A stretch of 64,000 nt of DNA from Methanosarcinales archaeon (lineage in GTDB: Archaea > Halobacteriota > Methanosarcinia > Methanosarcinales > Methanocomedenaceae). The notes under the pieces were generated by a model. That model saw nothing but the letters and a program-made list of their open reading frames with translations. It had not been told where the DNA came from and ran no database searches. The stretch is from the NCBI GenBank assembly GCA_030627385.1, contig DAOUSF010000001.1, positions 12,077-76,076 on the forward strand. The letters run 5' to 3'. Shown here piece by piece: positions 52,678-61,916 of this stretch. Positions within the stretch are counted from its first letter, which is position 1. Each line of letters starts with the position of its first letter. The translations under genes and the position numbers were made by a program.

Positions 52678-53123
52678 AAGCTGACCACAATATGTTAATG
52701 AAGCTGGCTGAATTGGGAATTTTAAGAAGTATGCCTGATTTTCTTGGGGAACCTCTGAAACCAGGAAGACTCAGAGCAAGATTCATGGAAATTGAGTTCA
52801 TTGTGGATAATGAACTCAAACGTGTATTTGCCAATGATCCTAATATTTACAAGGACAATCTATCCGAGATTACTGCATATCTTGAAAAATTCGGTAAAAT
52901 AATGAATGTGGATAATCTTGAAAAGGCGGATATCCATGTTGCTTCTGTGGTTTGCTTCTGTATGAGCTTCCTTGAGACAACCAAAACAAAGTATCCCAAA
53001 AAGCTGTATGAATACCTCAAGGACATCATTGATTATTATGAGCGGGCCGATAACATAAAACATAGTGATTTTATGAGTGGCAGAACCTTTCATAAAGAAT
53101 GGGAGAGAATTAACAATGGATGA
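52674..53123 (+). CDS. hypothetical protein
   Basis: 149 aa, helical; ATGA coupling. Confidence 0.55.
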   Translation: MKADHNMLMKLAELGILRSMPDFLGEPLKPGRLRARFMEIEFIVDNELKRVFANDPNIYKDNLSEITAYLEKFGKIMNVDNLEKADIHVASVVCFCMSFLETTKTKYPKKLYEYLKDIIDYYERADNIKHSDFMSGRTFHKEWERINNG

Positions 53124-53307
53124 AAAAATGCTGGAGTTCACTGGCGAAGTTAAACAGATTGGAAAAAATGCAGTTCTTATCAATGTTGATGGTATAACTG
53201 GATGGGTTCCAAATTCTGAAGCTGACTACATTGATGAACCAACACGAAGAGGTGAAATTACATTTCTTATTCCAAAATGGTTGGCAATCAAAAAAAGGAT
53301 TTATTAA
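53116..53307 (+). CDS. hypothetical protein
   Basis: ATG at 53116 within the track ORF 53077..53307. Confidence 0.5.
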   Translation: MDEKMLEFTGEVKQIGKNAVLINVDGITGWVPNSEADYIDEPTRRGEITFLIPKWLAIKKRIY

Positions 53308-53525
53308 TGAATAAAAAAATACTCAGAAGATTGGCCAATGATGTTATAAATGATCACATAACGGATATTGAGATAATAGGACAAGCAGTCAACGAACTAC
53401 TTCCAAAAGAGACAAGTAGATTGCTGTTCAAAGCCGTCAATATGTGCATATCAAATAAAGGCATCAGACACAGAGCATTCAATGCGTACCAAATACGTAA
53501 TAATGGATATTCAAGAATAAATTAA
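53307..53525 (+). CDS. hypothetical protein
   Basis: ATG at 53307 (TAATG coupling). Confidence 0.5.
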   Translation: MNKKILRRLANDVINDHITDIEIIGQAVNELLPKETSRLLFKAVNMCISNKGIRHRAFNAYQIRNNGYSRIN

Positions 53526-53535
53526 AGAGGGATAT

Positions 53536-53835
53536 ATGTTATTTTTCGTATTTGGCGGAGAACAATTTTATGCGAACGGTGGATCAAGAGATTTTATATT
53601 CAGAACCTGTGATAAACAACTTGCTGAATCCACTGCACGAAGTCTCGTAGGTCAGAAAGTTCCAATGGTTGAATCTTGGATGGAAGAAGATGACTGGTTA
53701 GATATGACTATTGAATGGACACAAGTCATGGATGAAACTGGCAAGACTGTTTTTGAATTTGGAAAACCATACGGAAAGGTTGGTTACTTTGAGTTCAAAG
53801 GCTTAAATCGTATTAAATATATTAAGGAAGAGTAA
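53536..53835 (+). CDS. hypothetical protein
   Basis: RBS AAGAGGGA; 99 aa. Confidence 0.55.
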   Translation: MLFFVFGGEQFYANGGSRDFIFRTCDKQLAESTARSLVGQKVPMVESWMEEDDWLDMTIEWTQVMDETGKTVFEFGKPYGKVGYFEFKGLNRIKYIKEE

Positions 53836-53836
53836 A

Positions 53837-54229
53837 ATGGCAGATGATACTTTGAAAATTTATCTTTGGCCTGATGGAAGCTGGGAGAGTGAAGATGAAA
53901 TTGATGACATGGACTGGTATCTTTCCGGCTCTGGTAAAAGTGATGATTACGCTATTTACAATGTTCCCCTTGATCTTGAATCTGAGGATATTGAGGAGCT
54001 TATAGGATTAAACGCCTTACCCGGAATGTTGTCGGATCCCATCTCTTTTGAAGGAGTAATAGACTCCAACACAATAGCGTCGGCAGGGGAAATCAAAATA
54101 GGAGAGGATGATATTATTATCGTATCGCATTCTAAGGACGTGAATTATAATGCGGTAACTATACTCGATGATAGGGTGATAATAAATGCCCCTGGTATGA
54201 TTCTGAAAGTGGTAAAAGGTAAAAAATGA
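53837..54229 (+). CDS. hypothetical acidic protein
   Basis: RBS AAGGAAGAG; 130 aa. Confidence 0.55.
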   Translation: MADDTLKIYLWPDGSWESEDEIDDMDWYLSGSGKSDDYAIYNVPLDLESEDIEELIGLNALPGMLSDPISFEGVIDSNTIASAGEIKIGEDDIIIVSHSKDVNYNAVTILDDRVIINAPGMILKVVKGKK

Positions 54230-54720
54230 AAAAACTTAAAAGACCTACTTGGCAAGAGTACTTCTTTAACATAATGGCAGTAATTGCAACTCGTAGTTCT
54301 TGCATGAGAAGGCAAATAGCAGCCATAGCTGTTAAGGACAAGAGGATACTGGCAACAGGGTACAATGGAGCTCCAACTGGAATCAAACACTGTGTTGATC
54401 GTGGTGGTTGTATGCGGGAACAATTGAATATTCCTTCTGGAGAAAAACAAGAGAAGTGCCTTGCCGTTCATGCTGAAGAAAATCTTATTGTTCAGGCTGC
54501 TATTCATGGCATTAGTTTGAGAGGATGTGATATTTACTGCACTCACCAACCTTGTATTATGTGTGCCAGAAAAATAATAAGCATTCAACCTAAAAACCTT
54601 TTCTACACCAATCATTATCCCGATCAAGATGCCTTTGATTTATTTAATGAAGTAGGCAGATACGGTGAAAGTGTTAATAAAATAAACGACAAAACGGTAT
54701 CACATTGGGGATTTAAGTAA
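54226..54720 (+). CDS. dCMP deaminase
   Basis: WQEYFFNIMAVIATRSSC, GYNGAPTG, CLAVHAEENLI and THQPCIMCARKII (the zinc-binding HAE...PCxxC signature). Confidence 0.9.
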   Translation: MKKLKRPTWQEYFFNIMAVIATRSSCMRRQIAAIAVKDKRILATGYNGAPTGIKHCVDRGGCMREQLNIPSGEKQEKCLAVHAEENLIVQAAIHGISLRGCDIYCTHQPCIMCARKIISIQPKNLFYTNHYPDQDAFDLFNEVGRYGESVNKINDKTVSHWGFK

Positions 54721-54926
54721 TGACAATCCCAATTGATATGGATGGAAATAAACTTACACTTGGTACAAGAGTTGCGGCGGCTGATAATATTTGCGGAATT
54801 AAAATAAAAATTGGTAAGGTTGTGGGGTATACTCCAACAAGAGTCAAGATTGATTTTGAAGGAGAAGTGAAAACATCCACAAAGGCACCCCGCACAATTG
54901 CGAAGATTTTTAATCAGGAGGAATAA
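54720..54926 (+). CDS. hypothetical protein
   Basis: 68 aa. Its C-terminus IAKIFNQEE is shared with the next ORF. Confidence 0.5.
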   Translation: MTIPIDMDGNKLTLGTRVAAADNICGIKIKIGKVVGYTPTRVKIDFEGEVKTSTKAPRTIAKIFNQEE

Positions 54927-55126
54927 TGGAACTTTTATTTCATGTAGCATTTCCCGTATCAATAACTATACTTATTGGTTGTGGTATGTTATTAGGTGTT
55001 TTGTGGAAAGGATTTAAAAATTATGAATTGTATAAAGATGACAGTGAATATTTTGCATCCAGTATGGCAGATGTCAACAAAGGCGCGGCACATGTCATTG
55101 TGAAGATTTTTAACCAGGAGAAATAA
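54926..55126 (+). CDS. hypothetical membrane protein
   Basis: 66 aa with a hydrophobic N-terminus. Its C-terminus IVKIFNQEK is shared with the previous ORF. Confidence 0.5.
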   Translation: MELLFHVAFPVSITILIGCGMLLGVLWKGFKNYELYKDDSEYFASSMADVNKGAAHVIVKIFNQEK

Positions 55127-55127
55127 A

Positions 55128-55307
55128 ATGGAAATCCTTGAAAATGTTAAACTAAAGGGAGCCAAACATCCTGATGTAATTTTGATGATCACGTATAAAG
55201 AGGCAAGAGTTTTTAATGATGCTATGGAAGCTTATGTGCAAGCCAACAAAAGGAAAAAGATAGCCAAAGCATTATACAAACAAATGTATGATGATTTACC
55301 TTATTAG
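55128..55307 (+). CDS. hypothetical protein (59 aa)
   Basis: ATG after AGGAGAAATAAA. Below the track cutoff. Confidence 0.45.
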   Translation: MEILENVKLKGAKHPDVILMITYKEARVFNDAMEAYVQANKRKKIAKALYKQMYDDLPY

Positions 55308-55318
55308 GAGTAAATAAA

Positions 55319-55501
55319 ATGGGAGATGGTGCAGATCAAGCATTGGAAAGGGCCGCAGAAAAATGTGAACATTTTAACGGGTTCAGGGATTCATTTGCTA
55401 CTCAGTATGAAGAAGGCTTAATTGATGAATCAGGATCAATCATAGGAAATCCAGGATCAATTCCCGGAAATACTATTCCTTCTTTTCTGGGTGACTTCTA
55501 A
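55319..55501 (+). CDS. hypothetical protein
   Basis: RBS TAGGAG; 60 aa. Confidence 0.5.
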   Translation: MGDGADQALERAAEKCEHFNGFRDSFATQYEEGLIDESGSIIGNPGSIPGNTIPSFLGDF

Positions 55502-55725
55502 TGGATATTACAATAGAAAATTTGCAAAAGGTAGAACTCAAGAAAGGTGAAATTCTCATTATTACTTTTGATGACGAAAAAATGACAGAGGATGATATGA
55601 AAGACGCACATATAGCCTGTAAAGCTGTATTCACCAACAATAAAGTCATATTTGTCCCTAAACATATGAAATTATCTGTGATTCGAGATCCCGACACTAT
55701 TCCAATAGGCGGGAATGATGATTAA
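55501..55725 (+). CDS. hypothetical protein
   Basis: 74 aa; TAATG coupling. Confidence 0.5.
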   Translation: MDITIENLQKVELKKGEILIITFDDEKMTEDDMKDAHIACKAVFTNNKVIFVPKHMKLSVIRDPDTIPIGGNDD

Positions 55726-56815
55726 TTCCCTTACAGGTAAATTCTTTGAAACACACATTGATACCCATATTGAATTTGGACCTGGTGTCAATGTCATTAT
55801 TGGTGAATCTGATGAAGGTAAATCGGGCATTATCAGACAGTTAAAGTGGAATGCCGAGAATAGACCCCAAGGTGACTATTACAGAAATGACCAACTTGAT
55901 CCTAAGAAAAAAGAGGACAAGTTAAAACTCACTGAGGTTTCCGTTGATTACAAAGATTCAGGTATTATTACAAGGGCAAGGGACGGATTCTCAGGAGGAG
56001 TCAATCATTATCAGATAGATGATGGGGAGCCTTTACGTGCCCTAAGGACGGATGTTCCTGATGAGGTAAAAGACGTTTCAAAAATGAAAGCTGTCAACAT
56101 CCAGACACAACATCCCACTGAACAGTATTTCCTTCTTGCTGATAAACCAGGACAGGTTGCAAAAGAGTTCAATAAGGTTGCGGGTTTAACTATCATGGAC
56201 AAAGCAATCAAGGACATAAACTCACAAGTAAGAACCTGTAACACTGAAATAAAAGTGGCAAAGGAAGAAATAGAGACCAAACAAAAGGAGATAGAAGAAA
56301 CTACATGGGTTGATGACGCGGAGAAACTTGCAAACAAGCTCAAGGCGTTCAAAGCTCAGGTAAATAAAGAGCAAGCGGAATACAATGATCTCCATGATAA
56401 GATAAACCATGTCCTGGGAATTGAAGATGTTCTGGAAACACATTATAACGGAGTGGACGATGCTTTAAATGCTCTTGAAGCACTCGGCAAAGAAAAACAG
56501 TCAATTGACGATGAAAAGCACACTGTGGAGCAGATAGAGGACTTGATCTCTGCTATGACGGACGTTGATTTACAGTTAAACGCCACTACTGACATTGACA
56601 AAGCTTTAAAAGCTCTTGAAACGCTTTATTTAGAGCGGCAGAAAATTGAAAAGCTCAAGAAGGAGCACAAGGAATTAGATTACTCCTTGTGTATGCTTGA
56701 AAAGAATAGAATGGAAAGAACTGAGGCTGATATTGAACTGATAGATGCCAAAAAGGAGTACGTGAAAATCTTTAAAGAACAAGAATGTCCTACATGCGGG
56801 AGGAAAGGAATATGA
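55715..56815 (+). CDS. Rad50/SbcC-like ATPase, N-terminal half (Walker A, coiled coil, zinc hook)
   Basis: NVIIGESDEGKSG (Walker A), a Q-loop (IQTQH), a long coiled coil, and a C-terminal CPTCG hook immediately before the stop. Confidence 0.75.
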   Translation: MMINSLTGKFFETHIDTHIEFGPGVNVIIGESDEGKSGIIRQLKWNAENRPQGDYYRNDQLDPKKKEDKLKLTEVSVDYKDSGIITRARDGFSGGVNHYQIDDGEPLRALRTDVPDEVKDVSKMKAVNIQTQHPTEQYFLLADKPGQVAKEFNKVAGLTIMDKAIKDINSQVRTCNTEIKVAKEEIETKQKEIEETTWVDDAEKLANKLKAFKAQVNKEQAEYNDLHDKINHVLGIEDVLETHYNGVDDALNALEALGKEKQSIDDEKHTVEQIEDLISAMTDVDLQLNATTDIDKALKALETLYLERQKIEKLKKEHKELDYSLCMLEKNRMERTEADIELIDAKKEYVKIFKEQECPTCGRKGI

Positions 56816-57006
56816 GTGTAAAGGCATATAACACATGTGAAACTTGCCCCTCTTGTAATTCTCACCAATCTGTAGTTTATGTGGAAATGAGAAAAATAGG
56901 AGAACATATAGATTATTCTAATATGGAGAACAGTACAGTAACATACAAAAGGATTGAAAATTTCAGGTGCAAAATCTGTAAACATGAATGGAGAAAAGGG
57001 AAATGA
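56812..57006 (+). CDS. hypothetical zinc-ribbon protein
   Basis: CETCPSC...CKIC; ATGA coupling at both ends. Confidence 0.5.
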   Translation: MSVKAYNTCETCPSCNSHQSVVYVEMRKIGEHIDYSNMENSTVTYKRIENFRCKICKHEWRKGK

Positions 57007-57401
57007 AATTAATAATTGCCGGAAGTAGGCCTATAACGGGAACTTCTTTCATTTATGAGGCATTAAAAAAGTTTAAGATTACCAAAAAAAGTGTATCTGA
57101 AATTGTAAGTGGTTGTGCAAAAGGACCTGATACCGGAGGGAAGGAAGTAGCAGAAGAACACCAAATAAAAGTAAAATCATTCCCTGCTGATTGGAATAAA
57201 TTTGGAAATGGCGCAGGATACAAGAGGAATATAGAAATGGGGAATTATGGAGATAAACTTCTTGCTATATGGGATGGCAGTTCAAGCGGCACCGAACACA
57301 TGATAAATACAATGAAAGAAAGAAAGAAAGAAACCTGTGTTTGTTTTCAATATATTCAAAGACTCCAAACTCACAATCGTAAAAACATTAATAGGGGATA
57401 A
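57003..57401 (+). CDS. SLOG-superfamily protein (DUF2493-like)
   Basis: MKLIIAGSR...SGCAKGPDTGG...FPADWNKFGNGAGYKRNIEM...LLAIWDGSSSGTEHMI matches the recalled DUF2493 pattern. Confidence 0.65.
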   Translation: MKLIIAGSRPITGTSFIYEALKKFKITKKSVSEIVSGCAKGPDTGGKEVAEEHQIKVKSFPADWNKFGNGAGYKRNIEMGNYGDKLLAIWDGSSSGTEHMINTMKERKKETCVCFQYIQRLQTHNRKNINRG

Positions 57402-57648
57402 TTTTCATATAATTAGAGATTTTCATTCTGAACCTATAGACGATGCTTATTTGTATCCTAAAGTAATTCCTTCTTCTGTAAGGAAACAATTAATTAAATA
57501 TGCAAATGATAAGAATATGCCGGAATTACTTGCAATAGTGGATATAATAATCAATAAATTCGCAGGAGGAAATAATGGTAAAAAAAGAAATGATGGATCC
57601 TTTATTTCAGAAAAGGAAAGAATTAAATGCAGAATCCCTGAAAATTGA
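57337..57648 (+). CDS. hypothetical protein
   Basis: Non-ATG start in the track, and it overlaps its neighbours. Weak call. Confidence 0.3.
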   Translation: MFVFNIFKDSKLTIVKTLIGDNFHIIRDFHSEPIDDAYLYPKVIPSSVRKQLIKYANDKNMPELLAIVDIIINKFAGGNNGKKRNDGSFISEKERIKCRIPEN

Positions 57649-57763
57649 TAATGCCATAAAGGCTCTTCAGGATATATGTGATCATGATTATGTTAGTGAT
57701 GGGCATGATTCACACAAAAGCCATTACAAATGTAAAATGTGCAGGTACACTGACTCATGGTAA
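57575..57763 (+). CDS. hypothetical protein
   Basis: 62 aa after AGGAGGAAATA; C-terminal CKMC. Confidence 0.45.
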   Translation: MVKKEMMDPLFQKRKELNAESLKIDNAIKALQDICDHDYVSDGHDSHKSHYKCKMCRYTDSW

Positions 57764-58710
57764 AAAAACAATGGGAATACATAGTGGCCGCGGCGGATCT
57801 TCACATACACTCCAAAGTGCCCGAAAATAGAAAGGGCGATTATTATGGTCAAGTTATTGAAAAATTTAGAAAACTCCTTGATATTACAGTTAAATGGTCC
57901 TCTCCCAAACTCCTTCTCATTGCTGGGGATTTCTTTGATTCTCCTAATGTTCCATATAAAGTTGCCAGGCTTGTTCTTGCAATGATAAAAGAAAGTGGAG
58001 TGAACATCCTCGTTGTACCCGGCCAGCATGATCTTAGGTACCATGTCAGTGGTCTTGATAATACCCCTCTTGGTATTCTTGAAACATCGGGACAAGTTGA
58101 GATTCTTACTCCTAAAATGTCAAAAACCACATATGGCGGAACAACTTTTGTAGGAGCAGGATGGAATGAAGAACCAGAGGATGAGGCTGATATTCTTGTA
58201 ATGCATAGAATGATTACCAAGAAAGGTGAACTCTGGCCAGGTCAAACAAACTATTCCTCCGCTCATGCGATTATGAGGAAATACCCCTGGGCTCAGTGCA
58301 TAATAAGTGGAGACAATCATGCTCCACATGCATTGAGAATAGAGGGAGAAAGAGAAGGACACAGGCTTCAAGTAAACTGCGGATCTTTGGTTCGATCAAC
58401 AAAGGATCAAATAGGATTTCAGCCCAGAGCGTACTTGATAGATGTATTCCAATGGAAAGCAAAACCGATAAAGATTCCGTGTTTGCCCGATGAGGAAGTT
58501 TTTGACTTCAATAAGATTGCCATTGAGGAAGTCAAGGAAGCTTCTAAAAAAGAAGCGGAAGCAAAGATAGCGGAATTTATAAACCTCTTGCCGCAGACTG
58601 ACAGAGAACGTCCTAATTTCAAAAAGATCCTGAATAGTGTGGTAAAACATGTGAATCCAAATAAAGGTGTAATAGATATAATCAATAAAACAATGGAGAG
58701 GGTGGCGTAA
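57757..58710 (+). CDS. Mre11/SbcD-like nuclease (calcineurin-like phosphoesterase)
   Basis: AADLHIH (DxH), IAGDFFD (GDxxD), VVPGQHD (GNHD-like), LVMHRM and ISGDNHAPH. Confidence 0.8.
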   Translation: MVKKQWEYIVAAADLHIHSKVPENRKGDYYGQVIEKFRKLLDITVKWSSPKLLLIAGDFFDSPNVPYKVARLVLAMIKESGVNILVVPGQHDLRYHVSGLDNTPLGILETSGQVEILTPKMSKTTYGGTTFVGAGWNEEPEDEADILVMHRMITKKGELWPGQTNYSSAHAIMRKYPWAQCIISGDNHAPHALRIEGEREGHRLQVNCGSLVRSTKDQIGFQPRAYLIDVFQWKAKPIKIPCLPDEEVFDFNKIAIEEVKEASKKEAEAKIAEFINLLPQTDRERPNFKKILNSVVKHVNPNKGVIDIINKTMERVA

Positions 58711-58940
58711 TGGATTTGATTCAAATGACAAAGGCAGTACAAGCTAAGGAAAAAACAAGAAATAAGCTCCTTGGACAAAAGGATATGCTGATGGAAGGAC
58801 TGAAAGATTTAGGATTTGAGAATACTGGAGAAGCAAAGAAAGCGCGGACCCAAAAGAAAAATGCACTGGTAAAGATGAATGATCACTATACAAAGGGTGA
58901 GGCGACATTCAAAACAAAATTTGAGCATTTACTCCAATGA
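58710..58940 (+). CDS. hypothetical coiled-coil protein
   Basis: 76 aa, sitting between Mre11 and the Rad50 C-terminal half. It could be a coiled-coil segment of the split ATPase. Confidence 0.45.
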   Translation: MDLIQMTKAVQAKEKTRNKLLGQKDMLMEGLKDLGFENTGEAKKARTQKKNALVKMNDHYTKGEATFKTKFEHLLQ

Positions 58941-59554
58941 AGAAATTATTGGAAAATCTTAAAGACAAAATCCAAGATAGGAAAACATCCAAAAAGATCC
59001 TTGAACTCACTGAGACAAAGATGGATAAATATCTCCTGCATCTGGAGAATCTTGAGGAAGCCCGTGCCATCTTCCAAAAGGCATCACAGGTAACCCAAAC
59101 CAGGCTATCTGAACAAATAGAAAAAATTGTATCCAGTGCATTGGCGGCAGTATTCGAGGATCCTTATAAGTTCAAAGTTGGATTTGTTCTCCGAAGGAAT
59201 ACAACCGAATGTGATCTGCAATTTGAGAAAAATGGCAAAAGAAAGTCACCACTTGCTTCTTGCGGATACGGGGCGGCTGACATAGCATCCCTTGCTTTAC
59301 GTGTGGCTTATTGGAAATTAGACGGCGAGTCAAGGAATGTGTTGGTATTGGATGAACCACTCAGGAACTTAGATAAAGAAAGGCAAGTGCTTGCTTCCAT
59401 GATGATAAAGAACCTGAGCAGAATGAAAGGTGGGTTGCAATTTATCATTGTGACACATAATACCGCACTTGCTAAATCAGCGGATAGACAATTTAGCGTT
59501 ATCAAGGAGGATGCGGTAAGTCACGTAACCATGATAGAATCAAAGGTTGCATAA
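58937..59554 (+). CDS. Rad50/SbcC-like ATPase, C-terminal half (signature, Walker B, H-loop)
   Basis: Coiled-coil N-terminus, then SCGYGAADIASLALRVA (signature-like), VLVLDEP (Walker B) and IIVTHN. Confidence 0.7.
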   Translation: MKKLLENLKDKIQDRKTSKKILELTETKMDKYLLHLENLEEARAIFQKASQVTQTRLSEQIEKIVSSALAAVFEDPYKFKVGFVLRRNTTECDLQFEKNGKRKSPLASCGYGAADIASLALRVAYWKLDGESRNVLVLDEPLRNLDKERQVLASMMIKNLSRMKGGLQFIIVTHNTALAKSADRQFSVIKEDAVSHVTMIESKVA

Positions 59555-59660
59555 AATGAAACGGCGTAATTTCTTAAAATATGATAAAACCCTCCATGCA
59601 GAAATTGGCGGATGCAATTGATAAGGATTTACTGGACAAAATATTAAAAGGAGAAATCGA

Positions 59661-59972
59661 ATGCCCTTAGACGTGATCTTAAAAGGCCTGGGAGAAGAAT
59701 TTGAAAGAATGAAGAGACTCTTTGATAAGGATGATTGGAAATTCTATAAATTCGGAAGAGGAGGCCCTTACAAAAGGACTCTCACTAAATTAATGGAAAA
59801 ATCCAAAGAATATGATCAGACTCTATTTGACCATTTTGGGGCTGGAGAAGAAACTGCATCCTATAATAAATTGATTGTGCTTTGCCTTTCAGTGGCAGAC
59901 ACGCCTAAGGAAAGATATAAAAATATAGACACCTTCAAAAGACAAATTGAAAGAATGAAGGTGATTATATGA
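59661..59972 (+). CDS. hypothetical protein
   Basis: RBS AAAGGAGA; 103 aa. Confidence 0.55.
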   Translation: MPLDVILKGLGEEFERMKRLFDKDDWKFYKFGRGGPYKRTLTKLMEKSKEYDQTLFDHFGAGEETASYNKLIVLCLSVADTPKERYKNIDTFKRQIERMKVII

Positions 59973-60244
59973 GAGAGGGAATGTCCACTGCAACCTCTTA
60001 TGGTAATGAATGCGTGATTCATTATTGTAAAGCCTGTGGAGGAGATAGAGATTTCTGTGCGTGTGGGGTAGATTTTATGTCCAGTTTGGATAGAGTCATT
60101 GCCCTAAAATTGAAACTGGAAATCTATAAGTGTCTGAAAATAAAGAAAGGCATAATTAGGATTGTCGATTTGATCCGAAGAACTCCCACAAGTATCTCAG
60201 GAATGAGAGGTCTTGCGCTTCTTAAAAGAGAGGACAAAAGATGA
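59969..60244 (+). CDS. hypothetical protein
   Basis: 91 aa; CKACGG..C.C; ATGA coupling. Confidence 0.5.
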   Translation: MREGMSTATSYGNECVIHYCKACGGDRDFCACGVDFMSSLDRVIALKLKLEIYKCLKIKKGIIRIVDLIRRTPTSISGMRGLALLKREDKR

Positions 60245-60384
60245 CAAGGAAGGAAGCAATAAAAGTCATGCAAAGGATCCAGAAACATTTCATGGACATT
60301 CATTATCCATTAAAACACGCCATGTATGACAGGACACACACTGTTGGTCAAATGTTTAACAGGGTTCTGGAGGTGTTAAAGTGA
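60241..60384 (+). CDS. hypothetical protein (47 aa)
   Basis: ATGA- and GTGA-coupled on both sides. Below the track cutoff. Confidence 0.4.
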   Translation: MTRKEAIKVMQRIQKHFMDIHYPLKHAMYDRTHTVGQMFNRVLEVLK

Positions 60385-60716
60385 GTGATTTTATAGAAAA
60401 AATGTTCTCTGAACAAGGGAAAAGTAAACCCATTATGGGCAATCCTCTTGAAATGGGTGCTTCAGGAGTTGAAGTATTTAATACTCCCAGACTAAAAATC
60501 ATATCCTTTACTTTTAAAGCTATCTGGGAAATGAATGCCAGTGGAACTGTTGAAGAATACGATGAAATCCATAAAATTGCCTTAGAGGCTCTCAAAAGAA
60601 ATGTGTATGACGAGTTTTATCAAAAATTAACCAATCTGGAACTTGCTCTTTATGACCATGATATAAAGAAGGGTAAAGAAATCATTCAGGAGATCAAAAA
60701 GGAAGTAGGGATATGA
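60381..60716 (+). CDS. hypothetical protein
   Basis: GTG start; 111 aa. Confidence 0.5.
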   Translation: MSDFIEKMFSEQGKSKPIMGNPLEMGASGVEVFNTPRLKIISFTFKAIWEMNASGTVEEYDEIHKIALEALKRNVYDEFYQKLTNLELALYDHDIKKGKEIIQEIKKEVGI

Positions 60717-60982
60717 ACAAAGTAAATACCTTAAAAGAGGTTCTGGATAAAATACTTTCAGAAATGTCCTTGCCCGACAGGAATAGACTTAAAAAAATAA
60801 AGGAAGATGATTTGATCATGCTACACCATACATTAGGTATGCAGATCAGAAACGTGTTCCTTCTTTGGGATGGCAATATTAATCTGGCAAAGGACATGGA
60901 TCTGGCAAAGGATACACATGCTGATGAGGTTTCTCAAAAAATCATAGAAGCATTATGGAGGAGATTGCAAAATGAGCCATAA
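60713..60982 (+). CDS. hypothetical protein
   Basis: 89 aa; ATGA coupling. Confidence 0.5.
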   Translation: MNKVNTLKEVLDKILSEMSLPDRNRLKKIKEDDLIMLHHTLGMQIRNVFLLWDGNINLAKDMDLAKDTHADEVSQKIIEALWRRLQNEP

Positions 60983-61313
60983 ATTCATGTTCGGTACAGA
61001 TGATGATATACCTGTTAAGTTAGCAGAGGGATTCAAATTCTCCTTATGTGATGATGAATGTCCTTATCTCTGCCCTACGGAGGCAGAACAAAATGCGGAA
61101 AAGAAGAGGAAAAAAGAATACAAGGCCAAAGTCCCCAGAGATTGGTGGAAACATGTGTGCTATAGGTATAATCAGCAAGTATATCACGGACCTATTCACC
61201 CAGAAATTATAGCAGTAAAAGGATGTAAATATTCAATTAAAGGAGACAGAAAATGTCAGAAGGAAATACCAAATGTAAATTGTATGGAAATTGCCCTGAG
61301 TTCACCACAGTAG
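60972..61313 (+). CDS. hypothetical protein
   Basis: 113 aa. Its 3' end overlaps the next, well-initiated ORF by 61 nt. Confidence 0.45.
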   Translation: MSHKFMFGTDDDIPVKLAEGFKFSLCDDECPYLCPTEAEQNAEKKRKKEYKAKVPRDWWKHVCYRYNQQVYHGPIHPEIIAVKGCKYSIKGDRKCQKEIPNVNCMEIALSSPQ

Positions 61314-61714
61314 ACAAATGCACCACAGGGTGTGACTATTACAATCCTAAAAACCCTGATGAGGAAATTGACATTCCGGAAGAAGTAATAGCAAAGGCTG
61401 AGGCAGAAGAACGCCCGGAGATTAAATTGATATTCAGTGATCTTCCCAAGTTTGACAAGATCCATGAATTTTTCGTCATGAAAAAACATGTGTTCATGAT
61501 GCAAAGCATCAGCCCGAAAAAGATTATCCTCAAATACAAGAGGAGATTGAAAGATACAGATAAATTGAATGATGGTTGTTACATCTTCAGGAATCAGAAA
61601 AATGAACTGCTTGAACCTGAAAAGGTATTCAAAAAGTTTGATCGCCAATCCAAAGAAAAATTGGCAAAGGCCGGGGCGGAAATAAAGGCAAAGAACACAG
61701 AAAAGGATAAATAA
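61253..61714 (+). CDS. hypothetical protein
   Basis: RBS AAAGGAGA; 153 aa. Confidence 0.55.
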   Translation: MSEGNTKCKLYGNCPEFTTVDKCTTGCDYYNPKNPDEEIDIPEEVIAKAEAEERPEIKLIFSDLPKFDKIHEFFVMKKHVFMMQSISPKKIILKYKRRLKDTDKLNDGCYIFRNQKNELLEPEKVFKKFDRQSKEKLAKAGAEIKAKNTEKDK

Positions 61715-61715
61715 A

Positions 61716-61916
61716 ATGAGCAACCCTGATAAGACTGTGGTAGATGTGCTGGATAAACCTTTCCCTGATTATTTGACCAGATATCAAAGAAAACCCAAAG
61801 AAATAAAAGGTTTAGATCAAAGTAGAATTGATGAAATCCTTGATAGACTGGACAGAATAGAACAAGGTGTTAGAAGTCTTACAGGGTTGCAACTCATTAA
61901 TGGAATTTGGCAATAA
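61716..61916 (+). CDS. hypothetical protein
   Basis: 66 aa. Confidence 0.5.
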   Translation: MSNPDKTVVDVLDKPFPDYLTRYQRKPKEIKGLDQSRIDEILDRLDRIEQGVRSLTGLQLINGIWQ

